Shown: piece after piece, positions 17,950 to 27,724 of the stretch
Numbering within the stretch: position 1 is the stretch's first letter
Layout: every line of letters begins with the position of its first letter
Source: Sinorhizobium meliloti
Lineage (GTDB): Bacteria > Pseudomonadota > Alphaproteobacteria > Rhizobiales > Rhizobiaceae
Assembly (NCBI RefSeq): GCF_017876815.1
Contig: NZ_JAGIOS010000002.1
Coordinates: forward strand, 210,001-242,000
Length of the DNA: 32,000 nt
Direction of reading: 5' to 3'
Translations under genes and position numbers: made by a program
The notes under the pieces: generated by a model
What the model was told of the DNA's origin: nothing
Seen by the model: only the letters and a program-made list of their open reading frames with translations
Database searches by the model: none

Positions 17950-18951
17950 ATGAAAAAGCTGCTTGCGTCGACATGTCTGATGCTTGGTCTCATCGCAGGA
18001 GCATCGACGTCGAGTGCCGCCGAGTGCGGGACCGTCACCATTGCCAGCATGAACTGGCAGAGTGCGGAGGTCCTCTCCAACCTCGACAAGTTCATTCTCA
18101 ATGAAGGCTACGGCTGCAGTGCCGAGATCACGATCGGCGACACCGTGCCGACGATCACCTCCATGGCCGAGAAGGGCCAACCCGATATCGCGCCGGAAGC
18201 ATGGATCGACCTCCTGCCCGATGTCGTCAAGAAAGGCCAGGACGACGGTCGTATCATCACAGTCGGCTCCCCGCTGCCTGACGGCGGCGTACAGGGGTGG
18301 TGGATCCCGCAATACCTCGCCGACGCACACCCGGACATCAAGACGATCGGCGACGCGCTGAAGCACCCCGAGCTCTTTCCTGCCTCCGAGGACCCCAGCA
18401 AGGGCGCGATCCTGAACGGGCCACAGGGCTGGGGCGGAACGGTGGTGACGACGCAGCTTTTTAGCGCCTTCGACGGCGAGAAGGCCGGCTTCACCCTGGT
18501 CGACACCGGCTCCGCGGCCGGCCTGGACGGCGCCATCGCCAAGGCCTATGAACGCAAGGAGGGTCTTCTTACCTATTACTGGTCTCCTACCGCCCTCCTC
18601 GGTAAATACAAGATGGTCAAGCTGGACCCCGGCGTGCCCCATGACGCGGCCGAATGGAAACGCTGCAACACCGTAGCGGATTGCCCCGACCCCAAGCCGA
18701 ATGCATGGCCGGTCGACACGATCGTGACGCTGGTTGCCAAGCCCTTCTCCGAGCGGGTCGGCCCCGAGGTCATGGACTATCTGACCAAGCGCTCCTGGAG
18801 CAACGAGACCGTCAGCCAACTCATGGCCTGGATGACCGACAATCAGGCCAGTGGTGAAGAAGGTGCGAAGCGCTTCCTCGAAGAGAACGAGGACATGTGG
18901 TCGAAGTGGGTCTCGCCTGAAGCCGCCGAGAAGATCAAAGCGGCGCTCTGA
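17950..18951 (+). CDS. Glycine betaine/proline betaine-type ABC transporter substrate-binding protein (OpuAC family), orphan
   Basis: Signal peptide MKKLLASTCLMLGLIAGASTSSA. Mature start ECGTVTIASMNWQSAEVLSNL...GWWIPQYL is typical of the betaine-binding fold. No permease or ATPase gene is adjacent. Confidence 0.8.
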   Translation: MKKLLASTCLMLGLIAGASTSSAAECGTVTIASMNWQSAEVLSNLDKFILNEGYGCSAEITIGDTVPTITSMAEKGQPDIAPEAWIDLLPDVVKKGQDDGRIITVGSPLPDGGVQGWWIPQYLADAHPDIKTIGDALKHPELFPASEDPSKGAILNGPQGWGGTVVTTQLFSAFDGEKAGFTLVDTGSAAGLDGAIAKAYERKEGLLTYYWSPTALLGKYKMVKLDPGVPHDAAEWKRCNTVADCPDPKPNAWPVDTIVTLVAKPFSERVGPEVMDYLTKRSWSNETVSQLMAWMTDNQASGEEGAKRFLEENEDMWSKWVSPEAAEKIKAAL

Positions 18952-18964
18952 CGGCCTTTCTCCG

Positions 18965-18989
18965 TGCGGCGTGCAAGATGCACGCCGCA
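18965..18989 (+). terminator. Perfect 11-bp stem, 3-nt loop hairpin after the SBP gene
   Basis: tgcggcgtgca-aga-tgcacgccgca starts 14 nt after the stop at 18951. No U-tract follows. Confidence 0.45.
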
Positions 18990-19047
18990 TCCACTGCCAA
19001 GGCAAGGAAATCAGTGGGCGGAACAAGTCGGGCGGGCTGTCCATTTG

Positions 19048-20031
19048 ATGTTCATGAAGAACATCATTCTTGTCGCAGCCGCCCTGTCATTGGGCCTCCA
19101 TTCCACCGCCAGTGCTGAAGACCTTCAGCCGGAAGCGATCAACAATGCTCCGATTGCCTCGATCGCGCCGGAACGGCCACCGAAGGAACCGCCTCACCCG
19201 GATCCGGCCATCGTCCACCTCCAGATTCTTCTGGATCGCGCGGGATCCTCTCCCGGGGTGATCGACGGCTACTACGGCGAGAATGTCACCAAGGCCGTTG
19301 CGGGATACGAGGCAATGCAGCGTCTTCCTGTCGATGGAAAGCTGGACCCTGAGGTCTTCAGCCGGCTTCCGCAGGACCAGCCTGTCATCCAGTCCTATGC
19401 CATCACGGAAGAGGACGCCAAGGATCTCGTCGACGAGATTCCCGACGACTATTCCAAGCAGGCCAAGATGGATCACCTGGGTTATACGAGCGTCGAGGAG
19501 AGATTGTCCGAGCGGTTTCACATGGACCTCGACCTGTTGAAGGCGCTGAATCCAGGTTCGTCGTTTGCCGTCGGTGAGACAGTTTGGGTTGCAAAGCCCG
19601 GCGCCGCAAAGGAAGGCGAGGTCAAAAGGATAGAAGTGCGCAAGCGAGCCGGGCAAGTTCTGGCATTCGCCGAAGATGGTTCGCCGCTCGCTGCGTATCC
19701 TGCCTCCATCGGCAGCGAAGGGTCCCCCTCCCCCACGGGCACCCACAAGGTCAAGGGGGTCGCGCGAATGCCCCCTTACGAATACGACCCCGACGTCAAC
19801 TTCAAGCAGGGCGACAACGACGAGGCCCTGACGCTTCCCAAAGGCCCCAATAACCCGGTGGGAACCGTCTGGATCGATCTGACGGAGCCCACCTATGGAA
19901 TCCATGGCACGCCCGAACCGTCCTTGATCGATAAAGCTCAGTCACACGGGTGCGTTCGCCTGACGAACTGGGACGCGGAGGAACTTGCGGCGATGGTCAA
20001 GCCAGGGGTGGTCGCCGAGTTCATCGACTGA
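19048..20031 (+). CDS. L,D-transpeptidase (YkuD/ErfK family) with an N-terminal peptidoglycan-binding domain
   Basis: ATG at 19048 (MFMKNIILVAAALSLGLHSTASA signal). PG_binding_1-like segment LLDRAGSSPGVIDGYYGENVTKAVAGYE. Catalytic motif GIHGTPEPSLIDKAQSHGCVRLTNWD. Confidence 0.9.
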   Translation: MFMKNIILVAAALSLGLHSTASAEDLQPEAINNAPIASIAPERPPKEPPHPDPAIVHLQILLDRAGSSPGVIDGYYGENVTKAVAGYEAMQRLPVDGKLDPEVFSRLPQDQPVIQSYAITEEDAKDLVDEIPDDYSKQAKMDHLGYTSVEERLSERFHMDLDLLKALNPGSSFAVGETVWVAKPGAAKEGEVKRIEVRKRAGQVLAFAEDGSPLAAYPASIGSEGSPSPTGTHKVKGVARMPPYEYDPDVNFKQGDNDEALTLPKGPNNPVGTVWIDLTEPTYGIHGTPEPSLIDKAQSHGCVRLTNWDAEELAAMVKPGVVAEFID

Positions 20032-20450
20032 ACGTCGCATCCTCCGATGACTCGAGACCCGATCGAAACAGCTTAGGAGCCGGATCTCGCACCGTTGTTC
20101 AAGAGCTTTCACCCCGCCGGGTGAGTAGCGCTTACGGTCGCGCCACCCTCCCTCTCGGGTATTGCCCCCGCTACGCAACCGAACGCTCATCTGCTGAGCG
20201 ACGTCCGGCTCCATTCCGCCTGGTAATAAAGACAGTACCAAGCCGGCTGTTCGTCCGCTCGACCGTTCCATTGTCGAGTGCGGAACGTTACATCGGGGTC
20301 GGACTTGGACCGCGTCGTGAAGCGCGCTTCCCGGGTTCTTGACCGCTTCGGACACCGAAACGGCGCGCTAAAGACCTACGCCGAAATTCGGTTTGACTAC
20401 CATGGCGGCTATGGCGGCCCCTACTTCGCTTCCTCGGGTATCGGTTCTCG

Positions 20451-20834
20451 TTGAATCTCCAAAGCTCCGGTTTCATCTTTGGCGATGCTGATTTGGTAAA
20501 GCAGCTTTGCGTCAATCTTCTTACCAACGCTACTCGCCACACTCCTTGCGGGCCGGCGGTCGAACTCACACTTTCCAGCGACGCGGAATGGGTGAAGTTG
20601 ATCGTTTGTGCCAATGGCCTCGGCATCCCGGCTGCCGAGCGGACGAAGGTTTTCGGGCGTTTCTACCGCCTCGACAAGACGCTCGGTTCACCCGGAACCG
20701 AGTTGGGGCTGAGTCTGGTGAGAGCCGTCGCGGATTTGCACGGTGGTCAAATTTTTCTGTCCGACAACCGTACAGGCCTCGTATGCACCGTGAGCTTTCC
20801 GGTCGCAGTCGGATCGTCCGCTTTCGGCGCCTGA
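20451..20834 (+). pseudogene. Remnant of a histidine kinase: isolated HATPase_c domain with damaged ATP-binding boxes
   Basis: The ORF begins at a TTG with no HisKA, TM or sensor part upstream in frame. The N-box is intact (LCVNLLTNATRH). The G1 box reads ANGLGIP (Asp lost) and the G2 box GTELGLSL (Gly to Glu). FGRFYRLD resembles heavy-metal-type kinases. Confidence 0.6.
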
Positions 20835-21207
20835 CCCACTTCTTTCGTCACTGATAACCGTCCCGAATTTGATCCGTATACCGGTGGACCCGAGTCTTGG
20901 TCCGCTGGCGGTTTTCGAAAGAGCCGCGGAGTTTGAATATTTGTAAAGTTGCTGAGCAGTTGGCTCAAAGTGAGCTTGCTAAACCCATGATCAGGACACG
21001 GAGAAGGAACCCTGCCAGACCGTTTCCAAATGCCGTCCACCCAAGAGCTGACCTCCTTGGGTAGACGGTGACTGGACTCCACCCCCCTCACCTAATCTGA
21101 CTTCATACCTAAGATGGCGCGAACAAGTGTCCGCATCTCGGGCAATCGCACCTCTGGAGCACGTGCAGGAAAGGGGTTGACGGTTTTCCGTGCGGAAGTG
21201 CGCAGCG

Positions 21208-22413
21208 TCAAAGCGTGAGAGCGTCCGGCCGACGTTTGGCGGCCAATGCTACCGCCAGGAAGGCCCCCATACCGACCGCGCCGAGGCAGGCATTGGCCAA
21301 CAAGGCGACATCCGTGCCGAAGCGTTCCATCAGGACGGAGAAGACAAAGGGTGCCATCGCGCCTGCCGCCAGCCGTGCGGCGGCCATTCTTCCCGTAATC
21401 GCACCATAGCCGACCGATCCGAACAGCCAGAGCGGAAGCGATCCCTGCGCAATGCTGTTGACGCCGGAGCCGAGACCCAGACAGATCGCGAAGACCACGG
21501 CGCCTGGCAACCAGGTTCCGGAAAGACCGAGGACGACGACACTCGCCACGATGAGCGTGGCCGACAGGGTCGCGAGCATGGGGGGCAGCAAGTTTGCGCC
21601 GAATGTCATGTTGATGAGCCTGCTCAGAACCTGTGAAGGTCCGAAGAGCGAGCCGATCATCACGGCTGCCGCCCCGAAGCCGATCGCTCCCAGCATCGGA
21701 ACCATATGCGTCAGTATCGCGGAAAGTGTGAACCCCTGTAAGGCAAAGGCCAACGAGACAAGAAGCATGCCGCGCCGCCTTGCCTGTACGGGAAGCGCGC
21801 CGGCAATCGCTTCCCGGTTCAGGCCGGAAGATTCGATCGCTGCAGGCGTCCGGCTTCGCATGATCCAGCGATGCAGCGGGAGACAGACAAGCAGGTTCAA
21901 CAGCGCATAAGCGATGTAGATTTCGCGCCACGAGAGAAACTCTCCAAGGCTCGCGGCAATCGGCCAGAAGATCGTCGAAGCGAAGCCCCCGATCAACGTC
22001 AGATAGGTGATGCTGCGTGAAGCCGCCTTGGGACGGATTTCCACAAGTGCCGCAAAGGCAGCCTGATATTGCACCATGCTGGAGGCCACTTCCAGGAGGA
22101 CTATGGCGATGGCGAACACAGCCGTCGAGGGAGACCAGGCGCATAGCAAAAGAGCCAGAGCGGAGACGGCCGAGCCGAAAGTCATGATCGTCGCCGCGCC
22201 GAACCGGTCCATCCATCCTCCAACGAGAGGAGCCGATAGGCCGCCCACCAGCAGCGAAGCGGAAAACACGCCGAACACTTGCTCGACGGTCAGGCCGAGG
22301 TCGCGTGCCATTGCGGGCGCAAGGATGCTGAAGCTGTAGTAGAGCGTGCCATAGCCGATGATCTGGGTGAGACCGAGTGCGGCGACGATGCCCGCGGGGA
22401 CCCCGGACTTCAT
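21208..22413 (-). CDS. MFS transporter (12 TM)
   Basis: 401 aa, hydrophobic throughout. An MFS-like loop, GGWMDRFGAA, follows TM2. The start codon is 1 nt after the ArsR stop. Confidence 0.85.
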   Translation of the reverse strand: MKSGVPAGIVAALGLTQIIGYGTLYYSFSILAPAMARDLGLTVEQVFGVFSASLLVGGLSAPLVGGWMDRFGAATIMTFGSAVSALALLLCAWSPSTAVFAIAIVLLEVASSMVQYQAAFAALVEIRPKAASRSITYLTLIGGFASTIFWPIAASLGEFLSWREIYIAYALLNLLVCLPLHRWIMRSRTPAAIESSGLNREAIAGALPVQARRRGMLLVSLAFALQGFTLSAILTHMVPMLGAIGFGAAAVMIGSLFGPSQVLSRLINMTFGANLLPPMLATLSATLIVASVVVLGLSGTWLPGAVVFAICLGLGSGVNSIAQGSLPLWLFGSVGYGAITGRMAAARLAAGAMAPFVFSVLMERFGTDVALLANACLGAVGMGAFLAVALAAKRRPDALTL

Positions 22414-22414
22414 A

Positions 22415-22780
22415 TCAGCCGTTCCCGCCTTCGGCCGGCGTGGAGGATGCCACGCGACACGGGTTTTGCTCGTTCAGTGATGCACGTACGCTGGCGTGTC
22501 CGACACAACAGTCCTCCATCAGGAACTTCACAAGATCGGCAAGGGCGTCGTAGCTGGCACTGTAGACGATCGAGCGCGATTCGCGCCTCTGCGTGATCAA
22601 TCCGGCCCGCTCCAGCTCCTTCAGGTGGAAGGAGACGTTCGAGGGTGAGACGCCCATCTTTTCTGCTATCGCACCCGCAGCCATGCCGACCGGTCCCGCG
22701 ACGACGAGTGTTCTCACAATTCCCAGGCGCGTCTCCTGCGACAGGGCGGCGAAGGACGATCGGGCTTGTCGCTCTTCCAT
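22415..22780 (-). CDS. ArsR/SmtB-family transcriptional regulator
   Basis: FAALSQETRLGIVRTL...AGAIAEKMGVSPSNVSFHLKELERAGLI (winged HTH). It lacks the alpha3 CVC motif. A C-terminal EDCCVGH...C cluster is present. Confidence 0.85.
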   Translation of the reverse strand: MEERQARSSFAALSQETRLGIVRTLVVAGPVGMAAGAIAEKMGVSPSNVSFHLKELERAGLITQRRESRSIVYSASYDALADLVKFLMEDCCVGHASVRASLNEQNPCRVASSTPAEGGNG

Positions 22781-22954
22781 ATTTCAATCTTCCTACAATA
22801 ATCAAATTAATGCGTAGCCGACCTGACGCAGATCGACAAGCCCGAAGTGAGATCACGCTTCCTGACCTTCAAATCCTTGATCCGCGCAAGCCATGGAACG
22901 ATCGGCCTGCCGATTTGTTTTCACACATCTGGTTCGGAGATAAAGGAGATTACA

Positions 22955-23278
22955 ATGAGGGTACTCGCCACGATCTTTACAGCAATTTCGATTGTGGGCC
23001 TCGCATCCGGTTCAGCCACGGGCGCCTGCAAAGATGGGACTTCGACGGACACCACCGCTTCCATCAATGCTGAAAAGCCGGGGATAGCCAAGGATGGAAC
23101 CAAGGCCCCGCTGGAGACCGAGAACAATGCTGCCAGCAAGGACGGTCAGACGATGCCTCTGGCCAACCAACAAGGCGGAGGAGACAAGAACCTCGCTACG
23201 TCGCAGCAGGACGCCGAAGCTCAGCAGTCAGGCGAGCAGGCAGCCGCCGCGAAGTCTGACGATTGCGTTGTCGAATGA
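22955..23278 (+). CDS. Small secreted or lipo-protein, low complexity, with KDG[TQ] repeats; unknown function
   Basis: ATG at 22955 lies 7 nt after AAAGGAG. Signal MRVLATIFTAISIVGLASGSATGAC (possible lipobox-like TGAC). The mature part is rich in D/E/Q/K/A/T with KDGT, KDGT and KDGQT about 18-20 aa apart. Cys residues sit near each end. Confidence 0.6.
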   Translation: MRVLATIFTAISIVGLASGSATGACKDGTSTDTTASINAEKPGIAKDGTKAPLETENNAASKDGQTMPLANQQGGGDKNLATSQQDAEAQQSGEQAAAAKSDDCVVE

Positions 23279-23532
23279 AGCAACGGCCATCCGAGCCGGG
23301 CTGGCTGACGGCGCCTAAGTCGAAGCCGTTTGCAGCACTCGGGTGGTCTCGCCACTGACGCGGTTGGATGAATGCCGGCCAGCTGGCTCTTGTATGGAGC
23401 GACGGCCGGCATTGGCGCTGACTTGCCGGCGAACGCGCCGCAGCGTCCGAAAATGAAATCCGGGCGCTCCCTTGACCCTGACATCGTTGGAAGATGCATG
23501 CTGTGGCGGTTTCGTGAAGCAAGGGTGTTTCC

Positions 23533-23754
23533 ATGTACAGTCTCAGCATATCCGATATGACCTGCAGCCACTGCGCCGGTACCGTCGAGACGGCGGTGAA
23601 ATCGGTCGATCCGAACGCCAGGGTCACCGTCGACCTCCTGGCGAAAACCGCATCGATCGAATCCGACATTGGTCTCGCTGCCTTTGTCGCCGCCATCGAG
23701 GATGCCGGCTACAAGGCGTCCGCCAGCAACGCTTGCTGCAGCCAAGGGGCCTGA
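23533..23754 (+). CDS. Heavy-metal-associated (HMA) domain copper chaperone, CopZ-like
   Basis: 73 aa with the MxCxxC motif DMTCSHCAGTVETAV and a ferredoxin-like HMA layout. There is an extra C-terminal NACC pair. Confidence 0.8.
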   Translation: MYSLSISDMTCSHCAGTVETAVKSVDPNARVTVDLLAKTASIESDIGLAAFVAAIEDAGYKASASNACCSQGA

Positions 23755-23768
23755 ATGCCGTGCACCGC

Positions 23769-23816
23769 TAGAGCAGTTCAGTGTTTCATTGAAGCACTGA
23801 ACTGCTCTAATTTTTT
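23769..23816 (+). terminator. Intrinsic terminator: perfect 15-bp stem, 11-nt loop, then ATTTTTT
   Basis: tagagcagttcagtg-tttcattgaag-cactgaactgctcta-atttttt starts 15 nt after the CopZ-like stop. Confidence 0.8.
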
Positions 23817-23921
23817 AAGAGCGACGCGCTTCGGGCGGAAAACCGTCTGCACTTTCCTGGAACCGCTCTAAGCCTCCCGCTACGGTCTTGTGCGTGGCCG
23901 GAAGAAAACGCGCAAAGGCGC

Positions 23922-23952
23922 TTGACCTTCCCATTATTGGAAGGATTATGAA
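23922..23952 (+). promoter_or_regulatory. CueR/HmrR (MerR-type) copper-responsive promoter of the ATPase gene
   Basis: -35 TTGACC (23922..23927), a 19-bp spacer containing the dyad ACCTTCC-N7-GGAAGGA, and -10 TATGAA (23947..23952). The architecture is almost superimposable on the E. coli copA promoter (TTGACCTTCCCCTTGCTGGAAGGTTTAACCT, from memory). It lies 28 nt before the ATG. Confidence 0.85.
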
Positions 23953-23979
23953 GGGTGCAGTTTGGGAAAGGACGTTCCG

Positions 23980-26463
<2,484 letters not shown>

Positions 26464-26523
26464 AGGCGTAGATGCGAGGGCGACCGGCTGCCGCAAGCCA
26501 CGCTCGCAGAAAAGGAGAAACAG

Positions 26524-26967
26524 ATGAATATCGGCGAAGCCTCCAAAGCCAGCGGCGTCTCCTCCAAAATGATCCGCTACTACGAACAGATCGGGCTTAT
26601 CAGTCCCGCCCTTCGAACCGCGTCCAGCTATCGGACTTACGGCGACAACGACGTCCATACGCTTCGCTTCGTGCGCCGGGCACGCGATCTGGGATTCTCG
26701 GTGGAGCAGATCAAGGAACTCCTTGCTCTCTGGCGCGATCGGTCCAGGGCGAGTTCCGACGTCAAGGCGGTCGCCCTCGAACACATCGCGGAACTGGAAC
26801 GCAAGATAGCCGCCATCCAGGAAATGACGCGGACGCTCAAGCATCTCGCGGGCCATTGCCACGGCGACGATCGGCCGGACTGCCCGATCATCGAGGAAAT
26901 CGCGAACGGGTCCGCCCAAGTGAATATGGAGGTCAATCCCCGCTTCGGCGTTGCCGCGCTGAAATAG
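26524..26967 (+). CDS. cueR: Cu(I)-responsive MerR-family regulator (CueR/HmrR)
   Basis: MNIGEASKASGVSSKMIRYYEQIGLI HTH, a dimerisation helix, and the metal loop CHGDDRPDC (C-x7-C). It lies directly downstream of the ATPase, after an AAAGGAG SD. Confidence 0.93.
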   Translation: MNIGEASKASGVSSKMIRYYEQIGLISPALRTASSYRTYGDNDVHTLRFVRRARDLGFSVEQIKELLALWRDRSRASSDVKAVALEHIAELERKIAAIQEMTRTLKHLAGHCHGDDRPDCPIIEEIANGSAQVNMEVNPRFGVAALK

Positions 26968-27013
26968 CATTCCTGAAACTGGGAGGCGTGCGGATATGGC
27001 TGACGTAAGCGCA

Positions 27014-27460
27014 TCAGAAGCCTAGGACGGCTTTGGCGCCGAGAGTGGCCGCGGCAAGGAAGACGTATCGGCCTGTCTTGGCAATGGCGACGAGGATCAG
27101 GAAGGACCAGAGCGGCTCGCGCAACACGCCGGCGATCACGGTAAAGGCGTCCCCGAAAAGGGGCATCCAGGAGAAAAGGAGTGTCCAGCGGCCATAACGC
27201 CGGTACCATCCGCCTGCCCTCTCCAGCGACGCCTTCTTCACCGGGAACCACGGTCTGTCGTGAAAACGGTCGATGAACCTCCCGAGGAACCAGTTGCATA
27301 GGGCCCCGAGGATATTGCCGACGCTCGCCACGGCGACAAGTGCCACGAGCGAGAACTTGCCGGATGCGAGCAGCCCCACCAGCAACGGCTCGGACTGGAA
27401 CGGCAGGACGGTGGCCGCCCCGAAGGCGACGACGAAGAGGCCTACATAAGCTGCGATCAT
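27014..27460 (-). CDS. YqaA/DedA-related (VTT/SNARE-associated domain) small membrane protein
   Basis: 148 aa with 4 TM. The core motif is NWFLGR...GRWTLLFSWMPLFGDAFTVIAGVLR. Confidence 0.7.
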   Translation of the reverse strand: MIAAYVGLFVVAFGAATVLPFQSEPLLVGLLASGKFSLVALVAVASVGNILGALCNWFLGRFIDRFHDRPWFPVKKASLERAGGWYRRYGRWTLLFSWMPLFGDAFTVIAGVLREPLWSFLILVAIAKTGRYVFLAAATLGAKAVLGF

Positions 27461-27724
27461 CTGCGTTCAGGCCTCTTCGAAATCATCCTAAACTCTCGGT
27501 TCTTCTCGTCACACCATCACTACCGGCAGTAGCGCGCGCAGCTTCCCTGCGGCTGCATGGCGTCCGCACATGCAGCCGCGGGTGCATGCGCGCGGCCCAA
27601 CTCTGCAAGCACAGCTGGCACTCCGGAACAAGAGTGGCTCCCCGACAATTGTGCAGGGGTGAGAACATCCTTCTTATCGCCGAGGGACGTCCTGCCGACG
27701 CCCCTCGATATCAGGAGTTGAGCG

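Noticed and set aside
22860-22900. CTGACCTTC... sequence in the ArsR/secreted-protein intergenic region that superficially resembles the CueR box.
   Set aside because: There is no GGAAGG partner half-site at the right distance and no plausible -10 after a 19-bp spacer.
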